A stretch of DNA of 36,800 bases from Burkholderiales bacterium (GTDB lineage: Bacteria > Pseudomonadota > Gammaproteobacteria > Burkholderiales > Burkholderiaceae_C), in assembly GCA_031420055.1 (NCBI GenBank), contig JANOLY010000328.1, forward strand, positions 1 to 36,800. Direction: 5' to 3'. The notes beneath the pieces are model-generated. The model saw nothing but the letters and a program-made list of their open reading frames with translations. It did no database searches and had not been told where the DNA came from. A program made the translations under genes and the position numbers. Of this stretch, positions 1 through 9,559 are shown one piece after another. Positions within the stretch are counted from its first letter, which is position 1; every line of letters begins with the position of its first letter.

Positions 1-1021
1 GGCAGCGCCCTGCCCGACTGGCGCGCCACGGCGGCTGCGGCCAAGCAAAACCCCGCCGTGGTCGGTGCAGCGCCCTTCGTGGTGGCGCAAGCGCTGGTGG
101 GCCGTGGCGACGAGTTGCGCGGCGCCGTGGTGCGCGGCATCGACCCGGCCGAGGAAGGCCAGGTGACCGAGCTGGCGCGCACGCAAGCGCCCCTGCTGGC
201 CAAGCTGGTGGCGGGCGAGTGGGGCGTCGTGCTGGGCGGCGAGCTGGCGCGCATCCTGCGCGCGGTGCCGGGCGACAAGATCACGCTGGTCTCGCCCAAC
301 GGCCAGGTGACGCCGGCCGGTGTGGTGCCGCGGCTGAAGCAGTTCACGCTGGTGGGCACCTTCGAGGCCGGGCACTACGAATACGACAGCGGCCTGGCGC
401 TCATTCACATCGACGACGCCGCAAGGCTGTTCCGCGTCGAAGGCCCCACCGGCGTGCAACTGCGGCTGAAAGACGCGCAAGACGCGCGCTTCGAAGGCGC
501 GCAACTGCAGCACAGCCTGGGGCCGGGCGTGGCTGTGCGCGACTGGACCCGCACCAACCGCAACTGGTTTGACGCGGTGCAGATCGAAAAGCGGCTGATG
601 TTCATCATCCTCACGCTCATCGTTGCGGTGGCGGCCTTCAATCTTGTCAGCACGCTGGTGATGACGGTGACCGACAAACGCGCCGACATCGCCATCCTGC
701 GCACCCTGGGCGCCAGCCCGCGCTCCATCATGGGCATCTTCATGGTGCAGGGCGCGCTGGCCGGCATCATCGGCACGTTCTCGGGCGTGGCGCTGGGGCT
801 GCTGGTGGCCTTCAACATCGACGTCATCGTACCGGCCCTCGAGCGGCTGCTCGGCGTGGCGTTTTTGCCGGGCAGCATCTACGTCATCAGCCGCATGCCC
901 AGCCAACCACTGGCAGCAGACATCGTGCCCATCGTCGTGATCTCGCTGCTGCTGAGCTTTGCCGCCACGGTCTACCCGAGCTGGCGCGCCAGCCGTGTCA
1001 ACCCAGCTGAGGCGCTGCGTT

Positions 1022-1029
<8 letters not shown>
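1..1029 (+). CDS. lolC/E: Lipoprotein-releasing ABC transporter permease LolC/E family (5' part lies before the window)
   Basis: Frame is open from base 1. Motifs [62 protein letters not shown] and C-terminal [18 protein letters not shown]. Directly upstream of lolD. Confidence 0.95.
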
Positions 1030-1786
<757 letters not shown>

Positions 1787-1862
1787 GAGGCACGCGGCCA
1801 GTCAGTCCCGCCCGCCGCAACTTCAAACGCTACACTGGCCAATACACGAGTCGGAGCCAGCC

Positions 1863-2096
1863 ATGTCCACCCCGCTTGAGCAACTAACCCGGCAAGCGTT
1901 TGCGCTCTCTGAAGAGGACCGCGCCCGGCTTGCAAACCTTCTGCTTGCTTCCCTGCCCGACGGGGCGGAGGAGCCGCTGGACGAGGCTTGGGATCGAGAA
2001 ATTGAACATCGGGTCAAGTCCGTGCAGTCGGGCACGGCCACGCTGATTTCTGCAACGGATGTCCACGCTGACGCCCGAAAGATCTACGAGCGGTGA
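1863..2096 (+). CDS. Putative addiction module antitoxin (TIGR02574-like)
   Basis: 77 aa with ALSEEDRARLA..LL.SL...AWDREIEHR pattern. GGAG RBS and TACACT -10-like box upstream; overlaps the toxin start. Confidence 0.85.
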   Translation: MSTPLEQLTRQAFALSEEDRARLANLLLASLPDGAEEPLDEAWDREIEHRVKSVQSGTATLISATDVHADARKIYER

Positions 2097-2395
2097 AAGC
2101 CGTCAGGTACGTTGAAGAAGCTCGCGCTGAGTTCCTGCAGGAGATCGAGTACTTCACCGCAGTCAGTCCGCAACTCGCAAGTCGTTTTGACGACGCGGTG
2201 CAGCGGGCCGAGGCGCTGATTGCCGAGTTTGCTGACGCAGGATTTCCATACAAGTTTGGAACCCGTGGGGTGTTTCCAGGCAAGTTCAAGTTCTCACTTG
2301 TCTACCTCGTCCGCGAAGATGAAGTTGTGATTTTGGCGGTGGCACCGTTCAGACGAAAGCCTGGCTATTGGCGGCCGCGGGTCCGAAGTGCCTGA
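2093..2395 (+). CDS. Type II toxin, RelE/ParE family
   Basis: 100 aa, EARAEF..EIEYF...F...V..A..LI..F and FKFSLVY..EVVILAVAPFRRKPGYW. GTGA overlap with the antitoxin. Confidence 0.88.
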   Translation: MKAVRYVEEARAEFLQEIEYFTAVSPQLASRFDDAVQRAEALIAEFADAGFPYKFGTRGVFPGKFKFSLVYLVREDEVVILAVAPFRRKPGYWRPRVRSA

Positions 2396-2467
2396 TACCT
2401 GTTTCCATGCCGCCGAGATCGTCATCACAAGACATCGAGAACCCGGGGCGCTTCCTAGAATTCTTGC

Positions 2468-3349
2468 GTGAACTCCAAACCCATCACCCACCTCACGAAT
2501 GCCGACCTGCACAGCCACTCCAATGTGTCTGACGGCACCCTGGCCCCCGAAGACATCGCCGCGCGCGCCCACGCCCAGGGCGTGGAGCTGTGGTCACTGA
2601 CCGACCACGACGAAGTCAGCGGCCAGCGCCGCGCCCGTGATGCCGCCCTGGCCCTGGGCATGGACTACCTCACCGGCACCGAAATCTCGGTGAGCTTTGC
2701 TGGCGAGACGGTGCACATCGTGGGCCTGGGATTCGATGCCGACGACGCGGCACTGAACGCCGGCCTGGCCGCCACGCGCAGTGGCCGGCTGCAACGCGCC
2801 AAGCGCATGGCCGAGGGGCTGGCGCAGGTGGGAATACCCGGCGCGTTTGAAGGGGCCTTGCAGTACGTGGGCAACCCCGACCTGATCTCCCGCACTCACT
2901 TCGCGCGCTTCTTGGTTGAAAGCGGTGCCTGCAACGACACCTACGAGGTGTTCGGCCGCTACCTCACCGAAGGCAAGCCCGGCTATGTGCCGCACCAATG
3001 GGCGCGGCTGGGCGACGCGGTGCGCTGGATAACGGGCGCGGGCGGGCTGGCCGTCATCGCCCACCCGGCTCGCTACAAGTTCTCGCCGACCGCCGAGTAC
3101 GCGCTCTTCACCGAATTCATCGCCCACGGCGGCCGCGGCGTGGAGGTGATGACGGGCAGCCACAGCACGGCCGAGCAGGTGCGTTATGGCGACACGGCCC
3201 GCGAATTCGACCTGCTGGCCTCGCGCGGCAGCGACTTCCATTCGCCTGGCGAAAGCCGCACCGAACTGGGCAGCCTGCCCGACCTGCCCGGTGCGCTCAA
3301 GCCCGTGTGGCAGGCGCTGGTGCACCGCGTGCAGCGCTCCACGGGTTGA
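2468..3349 (+). CDS. PHP-domain 3',5'-nucleoside bisphosphate phosphatase (TrpH/YciV family)
   Basis: ADLHSHSNVSDG, LTDHD, GTEIS, HIVGL, RTHFAR, IAHPARY and GSDFHSP metal-binding motifs. Confidence 0.92.
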   Translation: MNSKPITHLTNADLHSHSNVSDGTLAPEDIAARAHAQGVELWSLTDHDEVSGQRRARDAALALGMDYLTGTEISVSFAGETVHIVGLGFDADDAALNAGLAATRSGRLQRAKRMAEGLAQVGIPGAFEGALQYVGNPDLISRTHFARFLVESGACNDTYEVFGRYLTEGKPGYVPHQWARLGDAVRWITGAGGLAVIAHPARYKFSPTAEYALFTEFIAHGGRGVEVMTGSHSTAEQVRYGDTAREFDLLASRGSDFHSPGESRTELGSLPDLPGALKPVWQALVHRVQRSTG

Positions 3350-3389
3350 GTCAGCGACAGCCGCTCATCGGGAAAACCCGAAAACCAGC

Positions 3390-3627
3390 TATACTCGTGG
3401 GCTTGGCTTGCAACTGAAGCCAAACGTTCATCCCCTTCGACCTTCGTCACCTCGCTTTTCAGGGTGCGCATTTTGTGGTCGGCGGCGATGCCTTCGCCCT
3501 GATCCGACGTCCCCGGCCCGCCCGGTGGTTGACGTATTGATGCGATTTCACCCTGACGGTGCCAACAGCGCCGCCGGTGCGCCTGCGCATGCCGCAGCTC
3601 CGCGCCGTGATTCGAGAGAGAACGACG
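3390..3627 (+). promoter_or_regulatory. Putative sigma70 -10 box (TATACT 3390-3395) and long structured 5' leader of the DEAD-box helicase
   Basis: Hairpin TTGGCTT/AAGCCAA (3403-3423). Long-range pairing of TCAGGGTG-CGCAT (3459-3471) with ATGCG..CACCCTGA (3540-3556). Confidence 0.5.
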
Positions 3628-4956
3628 ATGAGTTTCGATACCCTGGGGCTGCATGCCTCGCTGGTCCGCGCTGTCACCGACGCCGGCTACACCCAAGCCA
3701 CCGAAGTGCAATCGCGCGCCATTCCGCCCGCGATGGCCGGGCAGGACCTGATGGTCAGCAGCAGCACCGGCAGCGGCAAGACCGCCAGCTTCGTGCTGCC
3801 CGCGCTGATGCGTGTGTTGGCCGCCCGTGAACAACAGCGCACTGTTGTTGCAGGTGACGCACCGCGCGGCGACGTCGGCGCCCGCCAGTACCGCCCCGCC
3901 AGCGGCCCGCGTGTGGTGGTGCTGTGCCCCACCCGCGAACTGGCCATGCAAGTGGCCAAGGCCACGGTGGACTACGGCCGCCACATCAGCAATCTGCGTG
4001 TGGCCACCATCGTCGGCGGCGTGCCCTACGGCGCGCAGTTGAAGGCGCTGCGCGGCCCGCTGGACGTGCTGATCGCAACGCCCGGCCGTCTGATCGACCA
4101 CATGGAGTCGGGCAAGGCCCTGCTGGCCAACGTGGAGCTGCTGGTGCTGGACGAAGCCGACCGCATGCTGGACATGGGCTTCATCGAGCCCATCCAGCAC
4201 ATTGCCGGCGCCACACCGGCCACGCGCCAGACGATGATGTTCAGCGCCACCTTTGCCGGCTTTGTCGGCCGCCTGGCCGAGCAACTGCTGCGCAACCCGC
4301 AGCGCATCGACATCTCTTCGCACACCGAAGCGCATGCCGACATCGAGCAGCGCCTGCACTGGGCCGACGACCTGACGCACAAGAACGCGCTGCTGGACCA
4401 CATCCTCACCGAGCGCAGCATGGAGCAAGCGGTGGTCTTCACCAGCACCCAGCGCGACGCCGACTGGCTGGCCGACCGCCTGGCCGACATGGGCCACCAT
4501 GTCGCTTCGCTCCATGGCGGCCACCCGCAAGGCCGGCGCACGCGCGTGCTGCAAGGCCTGCGCAGCAAGCAGCTGAAGATCTTGGTGGCCACCGACGTGG
4601 CCTCGCGCGGCATCGACGTGCCCAGCATCAGCCACGTCATCAACTACGGCCTGCCGATGAAGGAAGAAGACTACGTGCACCGCATTGGCCGCACCGGCCG
4701 CGCCGGCCGCACCGGCTTGGCCGTGACGCTGGCCGAGCGCCGCGACAGCGGCATGATCCACCGCATCCAGCGCTACACCACGCAGCGCATTCCGGCGACC
4801 ATGATCGAGGGCCTGGAACCCAAGCGGCCCGAGCCGCCCAAGCCCTTCGCCCGCCCCGACCGTCCGGGCGGCAAGAGCTTCGGCCCCAAGCCTTTCGGCA
4901 AGGCCTTCAAGCCAGCGGGCAAGACCTTCTCGAAATCGGGTGATCGCCCCCGGTGA
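3628..4956 (+). CDS. DEAD/DEAH-box RNA helicase (RhlE-like)
   Basis: MSFDTLGL start with GAGAG RBS. Q motif, STGSGKT, PTRELA, TPGRL, DEAD, SAT, HRIGRTGRAG; basic C-tail. Confidence 0.95.
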   Translation: MSFDTLGLHASLVRAVTDAGYTQATEVQSRAIPPAMAGQDLMVSSSTGSGKTASFVLPALMRVLAAREQQRTVVAGDAPRGDVGARQYRPASGPRVVVLCPTRELAMQVAKATVDYGRHISNLRVATIVGGVPYGAQLKALRGPLDVLIATPGRLIDHMESGKALLANVELLVLDEADRMLDMGFIEPIQHIAGATPATRQTMMFSATFAGFVGRLAEQLLRNPQRIDISSHTEAHADIEQRLHWADDLTHKNALLDHILTERSMEQAVVFTSTQRDADWLADRLADMGHHVASLHGGHPQGRRTRVLQGLRSKQLKILVATDVASRGIDVPSISHVINYGLPMKEEDYVHRIGRTGRAGRTGLAVTLAERRDSGMIHRIQRYTTQRIPATMIEGLEPKRPEPPKPFARPDRPGGKSFGPKPFGKAFKPAGKTFSKSGDRPR

Positions 4957-4994
4957 GTTGCTGCCCTGGCGTGCCGGGGTCACGATGAAATGAG

Positions 4995-5021
4995 AACGGC
5001 CCCGTGAATCGGGGCCGTTTT
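4995..5021 (+). terminator. Rho-independent terminator between the convergent helicase and FKBP genes
   Basis: AACGGCCCCG-tgaat-CGGGGCCGTT followed by TT. Confidence 0.8.
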
Positions 5022-5038
5022 GCTTGCGGGCGGGTGCT

Positions 5039-5395
5039 CTACACCGACAACAGGTCGACCTCGAACACCAGCATCGCATTCGGCGGGATCACGCCGCCGG
5101 CGCCGCGGGCGCCGTAGCCCAGATCGGCCGGAATCGTCAGCACCCGCGTGCCGCCGACCTTCATGCCTTGCACGCCTTCGTCCCAGCCGCGGATGACCTG
5201 GCCGCCGCCCAGGCCGAAGCTGAAGGGGTCGCCGCGGTCCTTGCTGGAATCGAACTTCTTGCCGCGTGAATTCTTGGCCGTGGGGTCGTACAGCCAGCCC
5301 GTGTAGTGCACACGCACCTGGTTGCCGGCGGTGGCCTCGGCGCCGGTGCCAGGCACCGTGTCTTCGTACTGCAGGCCGGAGGGAGTGGTCGTCAT
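5039..5395 (-). CDS. FKBP-type peptidyl-prolyl cis-trans isomerase
   Basis: [68 protein letters not shown]. Confidence 0.96.
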   Translation of the reverse strand: MTTTPSGLQYEDTVPGTGAEATAGNQVRVHYTGWLYDPTAKNSRGKKFDSSKDRGDPFSFGLGGGQVIRGWDEGVQGMKVGGTRVLTIPADLGYGARGAGGVIPPNAMLVFEVDLLSV

Positions 5396-5460
5396 TCTGG
5401 TTCCTGATTGAAATGGGGGCCCGATGATGCCAGCCCGGCGCGGCCGCCCTTGACGCAGGC

Positions 5461-6417
5461 CTACTTGGCCAGCGGCTGGCGCACCATGTCCAGCACCTGG
5501 CTGACGTTGAGGGTGCGCGCGCGCTCTTGAATCTGCGGCAGCAGCGTGCCTTGCAACTGGCGCGCGGGGCCCAGCAGACCCTGGAAGGTTTCGCGCAGCA
5601 GTTGCGTACTCATCTGCCGGCCGCCACCGTAGTAGCGCACCGCCAACTGGCCCAGCGCGTAGGTGGTGGCGAAGCTCATGGCCATGCCGGCGCCGGCACT
5701 GCCCACACCGCGGCCCAGGCCGCCCAGCACCGAACCCAACAGCCCGCCCAACAGCTTGCGGCCGAACTGCTCGACGTACTGTGATGTCAGGCCGACGCCG
5801 GCCGTGGCGATGAATTCCTTGACCATCGCCGCGTCCAGCGCCGCGCCGTGGGCCTGGCCGATGCCGTAGACCAGCTTGACCTGCAGCGGGATGATGGCCA
5901 TCGACGCCCAGCTTTGCGGCAGCAGCTCGAGCGCGCCACACAACATGGCGTAGTTCTTGATGGTGCCCTCCATCGCCGCGCGGTCCACCGCCATGCCGGC
6001 AGCCGGTGCCTGCAAAGCCGCATCCACGGGCACGCTGGCCGGCGCGTCGGTGATGGCCGCCAGCGCGTCGGCCTGCGCGTTCACCGCGCTGTCGGCGCCC
6101 AGTTGCTGCATCAAGGCGGCCAGAAACTGTTGCTCGGCCGCACTTTGCGCGCCGTCGGCATCACACACGCCCAGCGCCAGTTCGTAGGCCAGTTGCCGGT
6201 GCTCGGGCGCTTTCAGATCAGCCACGGCCTGGGCCAGTGTGACGCGCTTGAGCAGCACGTCTTGCAGCAGCACCGACACGTTCAAGCCCGCGGCCTGCGC
6301 GCCCAGGGATTCGGCAATGCGCTTGATCTCCTCGCGTTCGGCGTCGGCCTTCTGGCCATCGGCAAAAGCGGCCATCAAGGCCACGGCCAACAGGCCACGT
6401 TGTTCTTGCAGGGTCAT
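5461..6417 (-). CDS. TerB-like N-terminal domain plus DUF697/YcjF-like C-terminal domain protein
   Basis: N-terminal AAFADG....ER..I and VCDADG..SAAE..FL repeats (TerB-like). C-terminal helical Gly-rich segment ending ..[15 protein letters not shown]. Confidence 0.7.
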   Translation of the reverse strand: MTLQEQRGLLAVALMAAFADGQKADAEREEIKRIAESLGAQAAGLNVSVLLQDVLLKRVTLAQAVADLKAPEHRQLAYELALGVCDADGAQSAAEQQFLAALMQQLGADSAVNAQADALAAITDAPASVPVDAALQAPAAGMAVDRAAMEGTIKNYAMLCGALELLPQSWASMAIIPLQVKLVYGIGQAHGAALDAAMVKEFIATAGVGLTSQYVEQFGRKLLGGLLGSVLGGLGRGVGSAGAGMAMSFATTYALGQLAVRYYGGGRQMSTQLLRETFQGLLGPARQLQGTLLPQIQERARTLNVSQVLDMVRQPLAK

Positions 6418-6485
6418 GGAGTGCTCCGGGCAGTGTGGGTACAGGGACATTGTCAGCCGCCGGGCTATCCCCCGCGGCGGGCGGG

Positions 6486-6570
6486 GCAGCCGCACAAGCA
6501 GTTGCCATGTCGACGGCTCAAGCGGCTGCTCATTCGGCTGCTTGTGCGGCTGCTCATTCGGCTGCTCAAG
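6486..6570. repeat. 12-bp tandem repeat (CGGCTGCT-N4 x4, plus one degenerate copy) with a perfect 16-bp inverted copy
   Basis: Units at 6523, 6535, 6547 and 6559, degenerate unit at 6511. GCAGCCGCACAAGCAG (6486-6501) is the exact reverse complement of 6538-6553. Confidence 0.85.
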
Positions 6571-7441
6571 CAGCCCAGCGTGCAGCCCAGGCCGTGACGG
6601 CCGACGACAGCAGCTCGGGCACGGTGCCGGCTTGCGCGGGCAGCTCCAGCACGCGCAGGGCCGCGGCCACGGTGGCGGCTGGGTTGTGCAGCGTCAGCGG
6701 TGCAGCGCCGTTTTGCTTGCTCAACTTTTGCCCGTCTGCAGCCAGCACCAGCGATGTGTGCAGATAGCTCGGTGTGGGCAGACCCAGCGCATGCTGCAAC
6801 ACGATCTGGCGCGGCGTGTTGTCGGCCAGGTCTTCGCCGCGCACCACGTGCGTGATGCCTTGCGCGGCGTCGTCCACCACCACGGCCAGCTGGTAGGCCC
6901 ACAGGCCGTCGGCGCGGCGCAGCACGAAGTCGCCCACCGCCGTGCCCACGTCCTGTGTTTGCTTGCCCAGGCGGCGGTCGTGCCAGGCCATCACGCCGTC
7001 CACACGCAGCCGCCAGGCGCGCGCGGGCTTGCCGTGCAAGCCGTGGCGGCAATTGCCCGGGTAGATGCGTTCGGCATGGCGCTGGTGCACCACGCCACGC
7101 GCGGCCCAGGCGGCATCGATGTCGCGCCGCGTGCAGCCGCAGCCGTAGGCCTGGCCGCCCTGCACCAGGCGCGCCAGGTGCTCGGCATAGACGGCGCCGC
7201 GCTGGCTCTGGCGCCAGGGCGGCTCGTCGGGCAACAGGCCGCAGCCGGCCAGCTGGGCCAGGATGTGCGCGTCCATGCCGGGCAGGCAGCGCGGCGCGTC
7301 CACGTCTTCGATGCGCACCAACCACTGCCCTGCCTGCGCACGCGCGTCCAGCCAACTGGCCAGTGCGGCCACCAGCGAGCCCGCGTGCAAGGGCCCGGTG
7401 GGCGACGGCGCAAAGCGCCCGCGGTAGCCTGGCGTGGCCAC
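6566..7441 (-). CDS. gluQ: tRNA glutamyl-Q(34) synthetase GluQRS (start uncertain)
   Basis: [61 protein letters not shown]. No anticodon-binding domain. Confidence 0.93.
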   Translation of the reverse strand: MATPGYRGRFAPSPTGPLHAGSLVAALASWLDARAQAGQWLVRIEDVDAPRCLPGMDAHILAQLAGCGLLPDEPPWRQSQRGAVYAEHLARLVQGGQAYGCGCTRRDIDAAWAARGVVHQRHAERIYPGNCRHGLHGKPARAWRLRVDGVMAWHDRRLGKQTQDVGTAVGDFVLRRADGLWAYQLAVVVDDAAQGITHVVRGEDLADNTPRQIVLQHALGLPTPSYLHTSLVLAADGQKLSKQNGAAPLTLHNPAATVAAALRVLELPAQAGTVPELLSSAVTAWAARWAA

Positions 7442-7470
7442 GGTGGATGCTGCCGGCGGGCCGGGCCGCG

Positions 7471-8457
7471 TCAGGGCCGCGGCCCGGCGTGGCGTTCCAG
7501 CAGCGCCTGGCGCGTCACCGGGCTTTGCAGCTGCTGCAACCACCACTGCAGGGCCCTGCCCAGGCCGGCCGCGCCATGCTCGGCGCGCCAGGCGTAATGC
7601 AAACTGGCCACGTACTCGCCGCGGCTGGTGGCCTTGCGCACCAGGCGCCCAGCCTCCAGGTGCGGGCGCGCCAGCGGCTCGGGCACGTAGCCACCGCCCA
7701 GCCCGCGCAAAAGCGCTTCGAGCTTGGCGCGCATGCTGGGCACGGTCAGCACGGCCTGCCCGGGCAGCAGGTTGACGGTGATGGGCGTGATCTGCTGCGC
7801 CGTGTCGGCCACGGCGACGGCACGGTGGTGCACCAGCAGCGCGTCGTCCAGCGGCGCCGACTCTGCTGCCAGCGCGTGGTGCGGTGCCACGCAGTAGACA
7901 AAGCTCAGATCGCCCAGCGGCCGCAGCTCGATGCCTCCCGGGTTGGGCAGGTGGTCGTCCACGCCGATGGCCAGGTCGACCTGGCGCGACGACAAGGCCT
8001 CCCAGGTGCCGGCCAGCACGTCGGTGCGCAGGCGCAGCCGGGTCGCCGACGCGGCTGCCTCGGGCGCTTGCAGGGCGTCGCTGTGGCAAACGCCGCAAAA
8101 GGCCTCGACCAGCTCGAACACCGTCTGCTGCGAAATCACGTCGTCCACGCTGATGGCCAACTGCGCCTCCCAGCCGCTGGCAATGCGCTGTACGCGGCTG
8201 GCCACGGCGTCCATCTCTTGCAGCAGCCGGCGGCCTTCGTGCAGCAGCTCGCGCCCGGCGGCGGTGAACTGCGCCTGGCGTGAGCTGCGGTCGAACAGCA
8301 GCACGTCCAGCGCGTCTTCAAGCTGGCGCACGCTGTAGGTCAGCGCCGACGGCACCTTGCCCAGCTCACGCGCAGCGGCGGCAAAACTGCCACTGCGCGC
8401 AATGGCGTCGATCATCGCCAGGGCATCGGGTGTCAGCGCTTGCAGGCGGTTGGACAT
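7471..8457 (-). CDS. LysR-family transcriptional regulator (YhaJ-like)
   Basis: [39 protein letters not shown] followed by a substrate-binding domain. TACCAT -10-like box 7 nt before the ATG. Confidence 0.93.
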   Translation of the reverse strand: MSNRLQALTPDALAMIDAIARSGSFAAAARELGKVPSALTYSVRQLEDALDVLLFDRSSRQAQFTAAGRELLHEGRRLLQEMDAVASRVQRIASGWEAQLAISVDDVISQQTVFELVEAFCGVCHSDALQAPEAAASATRLRLRTDVLAGTWEALSSRQVDLAIGVDDHLPNPGGIELRPLGDLSFVYCVAPHHALAAESAPLDDALLVHHRAVAVADTAQQITPITVNLLPGQAVLTVPSMRAKLEALLRGLGGGYVPEPLARPHLEAGRLVRKATSRGEYVASLHYAWRAEHGAAGLGRALQWWLQQLQSPVTRQALLERHAGPRP

Positions 8458-8519
8458 GGCGGGGATGGTAGGGCAAGGTTCAAGTCCGCCGTGGCCGTGT
8501 CGAGCAGCGGGCTGGGTGC

Positions 8520-8780
8520 GTGGCGAGGCACCGCACAACCACGCCAGCGCCGCGCCATGGCAGGCGGCTGCGCCAGGGTTTACGGCGGCTGGGCGCCGTG
8601 GAGCAGGCGCGCGACTGGGTTGCCACGCTGCGCCAGCACCCGGCTTTTTACAGCCTGGAGGCCGTCCGCGTCACCGTCCTGCGCAGCTTCGACCCGGCGG
8701 CCATGGGCCAGTTGGATCAGCTGCTGGACACGCTGCGCGAGGCGGCTTGCCGGCGCAGTGAAGTGCGCTCAACGCGCTGA
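8520..8780 (+). pseudogene. Probable C-terminal remnant of a TolB-like/TPR regulator or adenylate cyclase
   Basis: LGAVEQARDWVATLRQHPAFYSL....DPAAMGQLDQLLDTLREA resembles the terminal TPR/helix of such proteins. No credible N-terminus. Confidence 0.4.
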
Positions 8781-9179
8781 CTCGGGCGTCACCACCGTCA
8801 GGCCTTTGAAGTAGTGGCGGAAGAAGCCGGCGTCCGTGGTCAGCAGGGCATGGGCCTGCTGCAGGGCATGGGCGCCGACCAGAAAGTCGGGCGCCCCCCG
8901 CTGGCGCTGCCCGCCGTTGCGGGCGTAGGCGCGCATGATGCGCGCCGCGCCCAGAGCGCTGTCCAGGCTTATGGGGTCGTGCTCGATCTGGCAGTCGGAC
9001 AGGAATTCCAGCAGGGCGCTGTCACGGCTGAAGTAGCGGCCGAGCTCGGCGACGACAACGGCGCAGGCGCACAGGCTCCCGGTGGCCAGCGCCGCCTCAA
9101 GCGCGGACAGCGCCGCCACCGCGCCCGGCGCGCCTTTGACGATGTCGAACAGCACGCTGGAATCGACAGCCGTCTTCAT
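8769..9179 (-). CDS. Type II toxin, PIN-domain VapC family
   Basis: TAVDSSVL, VVVAEL, PDFLVGAHA and LLTTDAGF PIN acidic motifs. Confidence 0.92.
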   Translation of the reverse strand: MKTAVDSSVLFDIVKGAPGAVAALSALEAALATGSLCACAVVVAELGRYFSRDSALLEFLSDCQIEHDPISLDSALGAARIMRAYARNGGQRQRGAPDFLVGAHALQQAHALLTTDAGFFRHYFKGLTVVTPESAR

Positions 9180-9475
9180 GGGCGCGCAGGCTTGCGTTTG
9201 CGCGCCACCGGCCGCGCAGCCGGCGTGTCAACGCCTGGCCAGGGAACCGGGCGCCCACGCAACTCGGTCAAGGCCTGCTCGGTGCTGAGGCCGTCGTCCA
9301 CCGCTTTGCCAACCCAGCGGCTCAGATCGAGCGACACACGCTTCTCGATGAGCAATTGGCCGCCTTGGACACGCACACTCAGGCGGGCGCCGGGCTTGAG
9401 CCCCAGCGCGTCGCGGGCCTCTTTGGGAATCACGATCTGGCCGCGCGCGGCCAAGGTGACGTCGGGGATGTCCAT
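9176..9475 (-). CDS. AbrB/MazE/SpoVT-family antitoxin
   Basis: TLAARGQIVIPKEARDALGLKPG. GAGG RBS; ATGA overlap with vapC. Confidence 0.92.
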   Translation of the reverse strand: MDIPDVTLAARGQIVIPKEARDALGLKPGARLSVRVQGGQLLIEKRVSLDLSRWVGKAVDDGLSTEQALTELRGRPVPWPGVDTPAARPVARKRKPARP

Positions 9476-9482
9476 GGCGTAC

Positions 9483-9508
9483 CTCACTGAGTCTACCGAG
9501 TGAGTATG
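9483..9508 (-). promoter_or_regulatory. Putative TA autoregulatory operator overlapping the -10 box and RBS
   Basis: Inverted repeat CTCACT (9483-9488)-N10-AGTGAG (9499-9504). CATACT -10-like box on the minus strand at 9503-9508. Confidence 0.5.
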
Positions 9509-9559
9509 CCAGGCGGTGTACGTCGTCAGTGGTACGGCGCTGCAAGCTTCAAGACTTGC

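Noticed and set aside
3184-5079. 631-aa antisense ORF over the helicase, and similar long shadow ORFs (24031-26211, 27899-29605, 30403-31863, 33257-34471)
   Set aside because: They overlap well-supported genes and show no family motifs. Long stop-free shadow frames are expected in high-GC DNA.
5396-5941. Extended N-termini given by the ORF track for FKBP (also gluQ, methionine synthase, kinase, SRPBCC, prolyl oligopeptidase)
   Set aside because: The extensions overlap neighbouring genes and lack family similarity; downstream starts fit better.
6511-6570. Repeat-spacer-like pattern (CGGCTGCT + 4 variable nt) as a possible CRISPR
   Set aside because: The 12-bp period is far too short, and there are no cas genes; it is a minisatellite.
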